A DNA stretch of 26,729 bases from a virus (taxonomy: Duplodnaviria > Caudoviricetes), in the IMG/VR virus record IMGVR_UViG_3300029318_000083, positions 1-26,729 of that record; one strand, given 5' to 3'. The translations under genes and the position numbers were made by a program. Below, in pieces: positions 15,832-24,432 of this stretch. How positions within the stretch are numbered: the first letter of the stretch is position 1; each line of letters starts with the position of its first letter. The notes beneath the pieces were generated by a model. It worked only from the letters and a program-made list of their open reading frames with translations, searched no databases and had not been told where the DNA came from.

Positions 15832-15995
15832 TGGGTTACTTCGCTTTTAAGCGACTGAGGGCACAAGAGGCTGCTGCGGAAGCGGCGGCCTCCACCCCTG
15901 AAGTCAAGAAAACTAAGCCTGAGACTAAGAATGGCAGTAACAATCGACGCAACAGCAGGAGGAGCAAACGCGAACAGCTACCTGACACTGAGTGA
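15831..15995 (+). CDS. 54-aa hypothetical protein (not in ORF track)
   Basis: TAATG coupling; MGYFAFKRLRAQEAAAEAAASTPEVKK...; overlaps the next gene by 65 nt. Confidence 0.5.
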   Translation: MGYFAFKRLRAQEAAAEAAASTPEVKKTKPETKNGSNNRRNSRRSKREQLPDTE

Positions 15996-16491
15996 CGCCA
16001 ACGACTTTGTTGACGCGATGGTTAAGAATGCTGATGTCACTGATTGGGGCACTGGCAACGATGATAGTCGCAACCGAGCGTTGGCTTATGCTGCACAGCG
16101 ATTAGATCGCGAAAGATTTTTAGGCGCAAGGGCGACAGACACCCAGGCATTGCAATGGCCGCGTACTGGTGTGCGAAAGCCAGACACTTATATCAACACT
16201 TATTCTGTCGGCTTTCCTTTCAGAGTCACAACTGACTACTACACCGATACAGAGATTCCATATGAGATTAAACGTGCTCAAGTTGAGCTAGCCGTTTATC
16301 TGCATAACAACAAAGAGGGTATCAGCCTTAGCGGCTTGGAAGACTTCAAGAGTCTAGAGATCGGCAGTATCAAACTTGAAACTGACAAATATGGAGCTGT
16401 TGGTGTGGAGCGTATTCCACCAATGGTCGAGCGTTATTTGATTGGACTTAGAATTAGTGGGCCGGGTAACATTTCAGTAAAGCGGAGTTAA
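15931..16491 (+). CDS. Head-tail adaptor (DnaT-like ssDNA-binding annotation family)
   Basis: ANSY.TL..A..F, FLG......QALQWPR and IP.EIK.AQ.ELA motifs. Confidence 0.8.
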   Translation: MAVTIDATAGGANANSYLTLSDANDFVDAMVKNADVTDWGTGNDDSRNRALAYAAQRLDRERFLGARATDTQALQWPRTGVRKPDTYINTYSVGFPFRVTTDYYTDTEIPYEIKRAQVELAVYLHNNKEGISLSGLEDFKSLEIGSIKLETDKYGAVGVERIPPMVERYLIGLRISGPGNISVKRS

Positions 16492-16493
16492 TC

Positions 16494-16718
16494 ATGATGT
16501 ATGCCAGTGGGGCAGAAGTAATTACTGACACGGCAGCACATACAGGCCGCTTTTGCGCTATTTACTTTTATGAGGCCAGCACGATTAGTGCAATCTCTAG
16601 TGAGGATCTGACTGGCAACTCTCTTGTTAATGAGCAGTTTCCGGCTGATTCTTACTTATATGGAACGATTACGAGCATCACATTGAGCGGTGGTGCTGCA
16701 GTTGCTTACCGCATCTAA
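16494..16718 (+). CDS. Small putative virion protein
   Basis: Beta-rich 74 aa in the neck cluster; TAATG coupling. Confidence 0.6.
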   Translation: MMYASGAEVITDTAAHTGRFCAIYFYEASTISAISSEDLTGNSLVNEQFPADSYLYGTITSITLSGGAAVAYRI

Positions 16719-17098
16719 TGTCACTTAAGGCGGCGCTAAGAAAGGTTGCTGATACAGCGATCAAGAAAGTTGGTGGCGACGTAACTGTCAACTTTGTCAC
16801 CCGTGGGGCATATAACACAACTACTGGCGAGGTGGCTGAGTCCATCACATCTGAGACGGTGAAAGGCGTCTTGGATGATGTTAAGAAAAGCGAGCTTAAT
16901 GATCTTGCTTATGGCGCAAACAAAGTTGGACATTTGCAAATTGATAAACGCCTGACTGTTTCTGCACTATCGCTTGGCAGTGAGCCGCTGCCTGATGACA
17001 AAGTTACCATTGAGAGCAAGATTTATCAGATTGTCACTGTTGAGACGATTGAACAGGACAATGAGGCGATTGTTTACGACATTTACCTGCGAGCGTAG
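16718..17098 (+). CDS. Head closure (stopper) protein
   Basis: G.Y...TG motif and P...D.V.I....Y.IV.V; position in neck cluster. Confidence 0.7.
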   Translation: MSLKAALRKVADTAIKKVGGDVTVNFVTRGAYNTTTGEVAESITSETVKGVLDDVKKSELNDLAYGANKVGHLQIDKRLTVSALSLGSEPLPDDKVTIESKIYQIVTVETIEQDNEAIVYDIYLRA

Positions 17099-17562
17099 TG
17101 GCTAAGCAGATCGTAAAACTAGATGATCTTGATGATTATTTGCGCGACTCAGTAGAGAAACTTCTGCGTGTCGTTGTATTTGAGACTGACAAGCGCCTTA
17201 AAAAGGCCACATCTGTCGATACAGGCACTCTTAGAGCTAGCTGGCAGATCGGTGAAAATACAGACAGTGGGCCGATCAAGGAAAAAGCAGATTATGGCAA
17301 AAAAATTCTCCCACCTGTCGGCGTAAACTACGTCGCTGGCAATGAAAAGCTCGGCAACAACTATCATTGTTTCAACAACCAACCTTATGCTGAGCCTGTA
17401 ATCTTCGGCACTAATTTGCCCTATTCATGGCGCAATGCAAAGCCAGCTGGCTGGCGAACTAAAAACAATCAGATCAAAAAGGGCTACCCAGATTTGATTG
17501 CAAAGTCGATGCAACGCTTCGTGACTAAGGCTTATGACGAAATTATCAATGGTAAGAGGTAA
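17098..17562 (+). CDS. HK97 gp10-like tail completion protein
   Basis: VDTG.LR.SW and NN.PYA..V..G motifs. Confidence 0.8.
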   Translation: MAKQIVKLDDLDDYLRDSVEKLLRVVVFETDKRLKKATSVDTGTLRASWQIGENTDSGPIKEKADYGKKILPPVGVNYVAGNEKLGNNYHCFNNQPYAEPVIFGTNLPYSWRNAKPAGWRTKNNQIKKGYPDLIAKSMQRFVTKAYDEIINGKR

Positions 17563-17987
17563 TGGCAGCCGCAAACTTAAACACAATCAGAGCAGTCATT
17601 GAGGGTCGGCTAGCAACTGAACTGGCGAACAGTCCTGCAATACCTGTTGTCTTTAACAACCTACCATATGAGCCGACACCAAATTCAACTTGGGTACAGT
17701 GCGAGGTTACATTTGACGAAAGTCAGTATTTAACACTCAATGAGGCAACTGGCAGTGACAACCTTATTGTCGGACTTGTTGTTGTCAATATATTCTCCGC
17801 ACCTGGCGTAGGTAGTGGCCCTAATTACACCGTAGGGAAGCGTATTCGTGATCTCTATAATAGGATTAACGTGTCAGATGTTTATTTTGACGCGCCAACT
17901 GGACCATCTGTAATTACTACCACATTACCAGGTGGATTTTTTCAGACACAAGTTCGCGTCACCTTTGAATTTATTGAGGAACTCTGA
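17562..17987 (+). CDS. Tail terminator protein
   Basis: Directly before tail tube; G.V.VNIF...G.G pattern. Confidence 0.7.
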   Translation: MAAANLNTIRAVIEGRLATELANSPAIPVVFNNLPYEPTPNSTWVQCEVTFDESQYLTLNEATGSDNLIVGLVVVNIFSAPGVGSGPNYTVGKRIRDLYNRINVSDVYFDAPTGPSVITTTLPGGFFQTQVRVTFEFIEEL

Positions 17988-17989
17988 CT

Positions 17990-18406
17990 ATGGCCTTTTA
18001 TCGCGGTGAGGAGGGAAGCGTCAAATTTGATGATGCTGGCTCCTCCAACTCTGCAATCACTAGCACTAGATCCTGGTCTTTGACTCTTGATAAGGCCGTC
18101 CTTGAGACTACGTCCATGGGCGACACTTATGCAGGCAATGTCGGCGGCATTGTTAGTGGTTCTGGCAGTGTAGAGGTCATTTACACCGCTTCATCTTCTG
18201 ATGAGACGGCAGCATTTGTTGACCACATCAATACGGCAACAGATGAGGGAACAGCATCATTTGAGTTGTTTCTTGACACTTCAGGCGACAAAAAAGTCAC
18301 TTTTGATGGCGTTGTGACTTCTGCTGAGATGGGCGCAACTATCGGTGAGCTTGAGATCATCACCGTTAATTTTGTAACTAACGGCACTATCACTACCTCT
18401 ATCTGA
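17990..18406 (+). CDS. Tail tube protein, copy 1
   Basis: RSWSL...ETT.MGD...G..SGSGSVE motifs typical of tube proteins. Confidence 0.8.
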   Translation: MAFYRGEEGSVKFDDAGSSNSAITSTRSWSLTLDKAVLETTSMGDTYAGNVGGIVSGSGSVEVIYTASSSDETAAFVDHINTATDEGTASFELFLDTSGDKKVTFDGVVTSAEMGATIGELEIITVNFVTNGTITTSI

Positions 18407-18408
18407 TC

Positions 18409-18831
18409 ATGGCTTTTTATCGCGGACAACAAGGAACTGTCAAGTTCGACAAAGATGCTGCTGGTGTGGCACTTGGTGAGGTTGCTGCTGTGCGATCTTG
18501 GTCATTGAGTGTCGAAAAAGAGCAGCTTGAAGTCACTGACCATGGCGACACTTTTCGTGCTTATGTCGGTGGCCTAGTGGGTGGCTCAGGGTCTGTTGAG
18601 ATTCTTTATGACGCTCCAGGCTCAGGAGACAAGCTCGACCTTATCAACGAGGTTCTAACTACTGAGGACCCTGCCAACGCCAACTTTGAGCTGTATCTTG
18701 ATGAGACCGGCGGCAAAAAGATCAGCTTTGCAGCACTAATAACTTCTGCGGAGTATGCGGCTACAGTGGGCGAGATTGAAGTGATCTCGGTCAACTTCAC
18801 CTGTAACGGCACGATTACTAACGCCATCTAA
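18409..18831 (+). CDS. Tail tube protein, copy 2
   Basis: About 48% identical to copy 1 by hand alignment (67/140). Confidence 0.8.
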   Translation: MAFYRGQQGTVKFDKDAAGVALGEVAAVRSWSLSVEKEQLEVTDHGDTFRAYVGGLVGGSGSVEILYDAPGSGDKLDLINEVLTTEDPANANFELYLDETGGKKISFAALITSAEYAATVGEIEVISVNFTCNGTITNAI

Positions 18832-19184
18832 TGACCCAGAAGGATAGAACAGTTGACATGCTCGTCGGCATGTTTGACTTGTCTGAGCGCCGCAAATTTG
18901 AAGTCAAAAAACCTGACGGCTCTGTCGGAATGACTTTGTACTTCAAGGCGATCACACGTGCAGATCGCAAGCGTGCGCAGTCTCTTGCTAACTCGGACCA
19001 AGCTCTTGACATTAGCACTCAGATGCTGTGTCAAATGGCCGAACGTGAGGATGGAAGTAAGGCATTTGCTTCGGCTGATGTGCCAAAACTACAGCGCGAG
19101 CTGCCTGAAAAGATCCTCAATGAACTTGAGCTGTTCTTGTTCGACCTTGAGGAAGAAAAGGTCGATGAATCAAAAAACGACTAA
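18831..19184 (+). CDS. Tail assembly chaperone (gpG-like)
   Basis: Between tube and tape measure; ends in slippery A AAA AAC (19172-19178). Confidence 0.8.
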   Translation: MTQKDRTVDMLVGMFDLSERRKFEVKKPDGSVGMTLYFKAITRADRKRAQSLANSDQALDISTQMLCQMAEREDGSKAFASADVPKLQRELPEKILNELELFLFDLEEEKVDESKND

Positions 19185-19360
19185 AGCAGGACAACTGGCT
19201 CTACTTTGAGTTCTTTTTGGCCTGCGAACTTGGCATGACTGTCAGTCAGCTTCGGCGTGACATGACACAGGAGGAGTTTGTATATTGGGCGGCATTTTAT
19301 GATCTAAGAAATGAGCGCGAGCGGCAAGCACAAGAACGTGCTAAAGCGCAGCGCAGGTAG
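19178..19360 (+). CDS. gpT-like -1 frameshift extension of the tail chaperone
   Basis: -1 frame reads RLKQDNWLYFEFFLACELGMTVSQLRRDMTQEEFVYWAAFY...RR to TAG 19358-19360; LA.ELG.TV..L...M...E...W is a gpT-like pattern. Confidence 0.8.
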   Translation, partial: RLKQDNWLYFEFFLACELGMTVSQLRRDMTQEEFVYWAAFYDLRNERERQAQERAKAQRR

Positions 19361-19388
19361 AGTGTTTTTAGACATTTAATGCGATATA

Positions 19389-21713
19389 GTGGCCGCTGTT
19401 GAGATTATTGTCAAGGCGGCTCAACCCGTCCAGCAATTCAATCGAATAACTGCAGCCACTGATCGGCTTAAAAAGGGCGTAAAACGTGCCCAGGAGGCTC
19501 TAGACGCGGCTGGGAAGCAGGGCAGGAGGGCAGGTACTGTTATTAAGCGTGGACTCGATCAGGCGGCTCGTAGCGCAGATAAGTTTGCCGACAAAATGGG
19601 CAACCTTAGGAATGTGCTGGTTGGCATCGGCGTAGCTGAGTTCACGCGGCGCATTGTGCAACAGGCTGCGACATTTGAGCAGACACAACTGCGGCTTAAG
19701 TTGCTGTCAGAAGAATTTGGTGAGTTTGATCGCGTACAGGAACTGGTACGTCAGAACGCAAAAGACTTTAACTTGTCACTTGCCGAATCAGGCAGTGCAT
19801 TCAGCGACATTTTTGCACGTTTACGTCCACTTGGCGTCTCACTGGATGACATTCAAAGTGTGTATGCCGGCTTTAACGCGACAGCACTGGCTAGTGGCAC
19901 AAGCGCATTAGAGGCTTCAGCCGCGTTTAGACAGCTAAGTCAAGCGTTGGGTTCTGGCAGGCTGCAGGGCGATGAATTTAGAAGCATCTCTGAGCAACTT
20001 CCAGGCATCTTGAGTCTTGTTGCCGAAGAAATGGATGTGCAAGAGGGTCAGCTTAGGGAGCTAGCGAAACAGGGCAAGATCACTGCCGATGTTTTGATTA
20101 ACGCTCTGGCAAAAGGTTTTGAGGTCAATGGGGAGAAAGTCAAGGCATTGATCGATCAATCGCCTGCTCAGAAGTTTCAGGCGCTAAATAATGCAGTCAA
20201 AGGTTTGAGTACGAGTCTTGGACAGTCTTTGCTTCCTGCTCTTGTGCCAGTTGTCGAGCAATTGACAAAGGTCGTCAAACTGTTTGATGGACTGCCTGAT
20301 GAAGTTAAAACTCTGTCAGCGGCCGCTATTGGTATTGCAGGCGCGTTGGCGATTGTTCTTCCAGCCCTTGCTGTATTTATCAAAAGCGTTGGCGTTGTTG
20401 CGGGAGGAATTGCAGCTATTGGTGGCGCTGCTGTTATTGCAAAGGGCGCGTTAATTGCTTTACCACTTCTTATTGTCGCGGGTAATTTGGCACATTTTGC
20501 TAGCAAAGCTAAGGAAGCTGCTGAACGGCAGGAAGAACTCAATAAAGCACTCAAAGTTGGAAATTATGAGACCAATCAGCGCCTTCTGAATGAGGAACTG
20601 GAGCGGCAGTTTGATTTGCAAGAAAAGCTGAGAGTAGCCGAGCGCATGGGTGAGATGGGCTTTGGCAATCAAGTCGGCAACATCAAAGAACTTAAAAAGC
20701 AAATAGGTGAAACAAGGACCAACATTAACCTGCTGATTGATCGGATGCAGAAGCTTGGTAAGCCGTCTGAGCCTGCCAAAATCAAGACCCCGACAATTAT
20801 TGATACTGAGGATGATCAGGGAGGAGACATCAATCAGATGTTGTCGCGACGTTTGCAGTTGCTGCAGATTTCATCTGATGAGGAGCGTGCTATTAAGCAA
20901 CTAGAGCACGAACGTGCTGATATTCTCGCCAGGATCAACAAGACTGAGAACGCCACTAAACGTGTGCAGAATCGCGAACTTGTAGATGCAGTCTTCCAAG
21001 AAGAAAGCGACAAAGTTAGAGCTGAATTTGCCCAGAAGAGATATGACACTTATGTAAAAACACTGGAGAATATATATCAGCAAGCCGATGCAACTGAGAT
21101 GCTCACATTAGAGCAAAAAGAACTCACTGATGAGGCCGTCAAGCTAGCTGACACGATCAACAATGAGATTGTTACCGGCATTGAGGGCATGATTGACGGA
21201 ACCAAGACACTTGGCGAAACGCTAACCAGTGTCCTCAAACAGTTCCAGCGACAGCTTCTTGAAACGGCGATCATGGGTGAGAGAGGCTCAGGTGGGTTGT
21301 TTGGCTCAATACTCAAAGGCATAGGCGGCATTTTTAGCCCTGCTAGCTCAGGTTTTGGAGCAAATATGGCATCTGGCTTGGATTCAAAAGCATTATTTAG
21401 TACTGACCTAGGTTTGCCGTCTTTTGGTGACATACCTAGTGGATTTAAGTTCGCCAATGGTGGCAGACCTCCAGTGGGCAAAGCTTCTTTAGTTGGTGAA
21501 CGTGGCCCTGAGCTCTTTGTACCATCACGGTCAGGAACAATTGTTCCTAATCATCAATTAGGCGGATCTAACATAACAGTAAATGTTGATGCTTCTGGTT
21601 CATCTGTTGAGGGCAGCTCCGATCAAGCTTCACAGCTTGGCAAAGCAATCGGCGTAGCAGTTCAGCAAGAACTTGTGAGGCAAAAACGTCCTGGCGGCCT
21701 ACTTGCAACTTAA
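19389..21713 (+). CDS. Tape measure protein
   Basis: QLSQALGSGRLQGDEFRSISEQ tape-measure domain, hydrophobic middle, C-terminal FANGG...VGERGPELFVP. Confidence 0.93.
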   Translation: MAAVEIIVKAAQPVQQFNRITAATDRLKKGVKRAQEALDAAGKQGRRAGTVIKRGLDQAARSADKFADKMGNLRNVLVGIGVAEFTRRIVQQAATFEQTQLRLKLLSEEFGEFDRVQELVRQNAKDFNLSLAESGSAFSDIFARLRPLGVSLDDIQSVYAGFNATALASGTSALEASAAFRQLSQALGSGRLQGDEFRSISEQLPGILSLVAEEMDVQEGQLRELAKQGKITADVLINALAKGFEVNGEKVKALIDQSPAQKFQALNNAVKGLSTSLGQSLLPALVPVVEQLTKVVKLFDGLPDEVKTLSAAAIGIAGALAIVLPALAVFIKSVGVVAGGIAAIGGAAVIAKGALIALPLLIVAGNLAHFASKAKEAAERQEELNKALKVGNYETNQRLLNEELERQFDLQEKLRVAERMGEMGFGNQVGNIKELKKQIGETRTNINLLIDRMQKLGKPSEPAKIKTPTIIDTEDDQGGDINQMLSRRLQLLQISSDEERAIKQLEHERADILARINKTENATKRVQNRELVDAVFQEESDKVRAEFAQKRYDTYVKTLENIYQQADATEMLTLEQKELTDEAVKLADTINNEIVTGIEGMIDGTKTLGETLTSVLKQFQRQLLETAIMGERGSGGLFGSILKGIGGIFSPASSGFGANMASGLDSKALFSTDLGLPSFGDIPSGFKFANGGRPPVGKASLVGERGPELFVPSRSGTIVPNHQLGGSNITVNVDASGSSVEGSSDQASQLGKAIGVAVQQELVRQKRPGGLLAT

Positions 21714-22054
21714 TGGCTACTTTTCCGTCCATAACACCTACTTATGGGCTGCAAAAAAGCAGCGCACCGAATTTTCGCAAGGTGCAATTTGGCGATGGTT
21801 ATGAGGCCCGACTTACATTCGGTCTGAATCAGAATCCGAAAATTTTTAACTTAACTTTTGAAGTCTCTGAAGCGGACGCAGACACTATTGAGACATTCTT
21901 AGACTCTCGCGCAGATGATAATGCGCCATTTGATTTCACCCCACCAGGTGAAAGTCGAAGCTCAAAATTCATTTGCGAGGAGTGGAGCAAGTCAATTCCT
22001 TACTTAAACCGCGCCACAATTCAAACAACCTTTCGCGAAGTATTTGAACCGTAA
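21713..22054 (+). CDS. Minor tail protein, lambda gpM-like
   Basis: VQFGDGYE.R...GLN and F.FTPP motifs. Confidence 0.9.
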   Translation: MATFPSITPTYGLQKSSAPNFRKVQFGDGYEARLTFGLNQNPKIFNLTFEVSEADADTIETFLDSRADDNAPFDFTPPGESRSSKFICEEWSKSIPYLNRATIQTTFREVFEP

Positions 22055-23091
22055 TGGCAGTTGCAACATGGGCCGCTAGCACCGCATTTTCCGTTGGTGA
22101 CGTTCGTCGCCCCACGGTTTCGTATGGCACTGGCTTGTGGTTCCGCTGCACAACTGCTGGAACGTCAGCTAGTTCAGAGCCGACTTGGCCTACTGATATA
22201 GCCAGCACGGTTACGGATGGAACATGTGTGTGGACTGCGATCAGCAGTGTTTATGACGAGCTGCTAAAGCTTGCACCAAGTGCGGTTATTGAGCTATTTG
22301 AGCTGCGACTAGACAGCACTTTGCACGGAAGTTCTGATGTATATCGTTGGCATGCAGGCATGAGTCGGAATGATCGCAATCAAGACGTTAATGTAGTTTT
22401 CGATGGCAATGAGTACACGCGACTGCCGGTCAAAGCAGAAGGATTTGAATACAAAGGCACAGGTACGCTGCCGCGTCCAACACTGACGGTCAGCAACCTT
22501 GACAGCACAATGACAGTCTTGCTCGCTTTAGTCAATGCGACAACAGCAGGCAATGATCTTGGTGGAGCGGAAGTTCGGCGCATTCGTACTCTCAAAAAGT
22601 ACTTGGATGGCATTAACTTTCGCACTGAGACTGTAGCGATTGCACAAGGTGGCGATACTTTAACAACTCAAGGCGGAGACACCTTGAATCTAGAAACGGT
22701 CCGAAACCCAAGTGGAGTCCCAGACCCAAATGCACAGTTTCCTCAGGAGCGTTGGTTTATTGACCGCAAAGCATCTGAAACACGAGATACGGTGACATTT
22801 GAATTGGCGAGTAAATTTGACTTGGCTGGTCAAAAACTGCCAAGACGACAAGTTATTGCCAATGTATGTCAGTGGGTCTACAAGTCCTCAGAGTGTGGTT
22901 ACAACCCTTCTGTCGGTCCAGGCAAGACAATTGATGGTACTAACTTCAGACGCTTTGATGTGAACAATGAAGGGGTGACAACTGATGCCGATGATGTGTG
23001 TGGCAAGAGGATAGCAAGTTGCAAATGTCGCTTCGGCGACAATGCTCAATTACCATTTGGGTCATTCCCTGGTGCAGGTCTGACTAAATGA
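22054..23091 (+). CDS. Minor tail protein, lambda gpL-like, with N-terminal extension
   Basis: P..AEGFE..G.G.LPRPTLTVSN, R.RTL.KYLD..NF, four Fe-S-type cysteines (CQW..C...CGK...C), PFGSFPG. Confidence 0.92.
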   Translation: MAVATWAASTAFSVGDVRRPTVSYGTGLWFRCTTAGTSASSEPTWPTDIASTVTDGTCVWTAISSVYDELLKLAPSAVIELFELRLDSTLHGSSDVYRWHAGMSRNDRNQDVNVVFDGNEYTRLPVKAEGFEYKGTGTLPRPTLTVSNLDSTMTVLLALVNATTAGNDLGGAEVRRIRTLKKYLDGINFRTETVAIAQGGDTLTTQGGDTLNLETVRNPSGVPDPNAQFPQERWFIDRKASETRDTVTFELASKFDLAGQKLPRRQVIANVCQWVYKSSECGYNPSVGPGKTIDGTNFRRFDVNNEGVTTDADDVCGKRIASCKCRFGDNAQLPFGSFPGAGLTK

Positions 23092-23798
23092 TGCGTTTGT
23101 CAGCAGCAATAAAGGCCGAAATTTTACAGCACGCCAAATCAGAAGCACCTCGCGAATGTTGTGGTCTAATCGCTGTAGTAAAAGGACGGCGCAAGTATTT
23201 CTCATGTCAAAACATTGCCGCAACACCTGATGAGCATTTTGTTCTCAGTGGATGGGACAAGGTCGAGAATCAAGGTGAAGTGATCGCCATTATCCACAGT
23301 CATCCAATCACGAAGCCAGAGCCATCTGCAGCAGATCTTGTCGCTTGTGAGAAGTCAGAGCTGCCATGGTTTATTGTCAACCCTAACACCGAAGCTTGGG
23401 GCTACTGCGAGCCAACTGGCTTTCGACTGCCTTATGTGGGTCGTGAATTTGTTCATGGTGTAGTCGATTGCTACAGCCTTGTGCGTGACTGGTACGCAAG
23501 AGAATACGGCATTGAGTTGCGTGATTATGACCGACGTGATCAGTGGTGGGATCATGGTCAAAATCTGTACTTGGATAACTTCGCCAAAGAGGGCTTTAGT
23601 AAAATAGAAGTCAAGGAAGTACGACGTGGAGATTTGATATTGATGAATCTCGTGTCACCTGTGCCGAATCATGCAGCAATTTATATGGGCGATCAGCAGG
23701 TGCTGCATCATGTGCAGGGCAGGCTTTCAAGTCGTGATATTTTTGGCGGCTATTATGCTAAAAGTACAGCCTGCGCCTTAAGGCATGAAAGTCGTTAA
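23088..23798 (+). CDS. Tail assembly protein, lambda gpK-like (JAB + NlpC/P60)
   Basis: PRECCG, HSHP...S..D, DCYSLVRDWY and NHAAIY..LHH motifs. Confidence 0.93.
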   Translation: MMRLSAAIKAEILQHAKSEAPRECCGLIAVVKGRRKYFSCQNIAATPDEHFVLSGWDKVENQGEVIAIIHSHPITKPEPSAADLVACEKSELPWFIVNPNTEAWGYCEPTGFRLPYVGREFVHGVVDCYSLVRDWYAREYGIELRDYDRRDQWWDHGQNLYLDNFAKEGFSKIEVKEVRRGDLILMNLVSPVPNHAAIYMGDQQVLHHVQGRLSSRDIFGGYYAKSTACALRHESR

Positions 23799-24432
23799 GG
23801 TCTATGGCGCATTACGCAAACGACTTGGACAATGCCGTTTCGAGTTTGACGTAAACACGCCTGCACAAGCGATCAAAGCATTGTGTGTTAATTTCCCAGG
23901 TTTAGAAAAGTGGTTGATTGATAGTGAAAAAGATGGTGTTGCATATCGCGTAACTCTTGGGAAGGAGAAAGTCACAGACGACCTATCCCCATTGGGCTTT
24001 CCATTTAGTGATAGAGAAGTGTTTAGCATTACGCCCTTAGTTGCTGGTGCCGGTCGAGGCTTTGGGCAGATTGCGGTCGGGCTTGGATTAGTGGCACTTG
24101 CCATTGTGACACAGGGCGGATCATTGTCATTTGGACTTGGAGGCTTTAGTGCTACTGCTGGGGCGAAAGCAGCTTTCGGCGCCAAATTAGCCGCTCTTGC
24201 AGGCAACTTAGGTGTTGTTTTAACGCTTTCAGGTATTGCAACAGCAATTTCGCCACAGCCTGATAGTGGGCTTGAGCGCGGACGAGAAGCGGCAAAACTT
24301 GAGTCATTTGTCTTTAATAATGTCGTCAATACTTCTAAGCAAGGTTTGCCAGTGCCCATAGCTTATGGGCGATTATTCGTTGGATCAGCAGTGCTATCCA
24401 GCGGCCTTGATGTTGATCAGAAACAGGCATGA
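23785..24432 (+). CDS. Tail assembly protein, lambda gpI-like
   Basis: V.VYG.L...G, AI.ALC...PG, I.P.VAGAG and F....N...QG.PVP..YG...VGS motifs. Confidence 0.92.
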   Translation: MKVVKVYGALRKRLGQCRFEFDVNTPAQAIKALCVNFPGLEKWLIDSEKDGVAYRVTLGKEKVTDDLSPLGFPFSDREVFSITPLVAGAGRGFGQIAVGLGLVALAIVTQGGSLSFGLGGFSATAGAKAAFGAKLAALAGNLGVVLTLSGIATAISPQPDSGLERGREAAKLESFVFNNVVNTSKQGLPVPIAYGRLFVGSAVLSSGLDVDQKQA

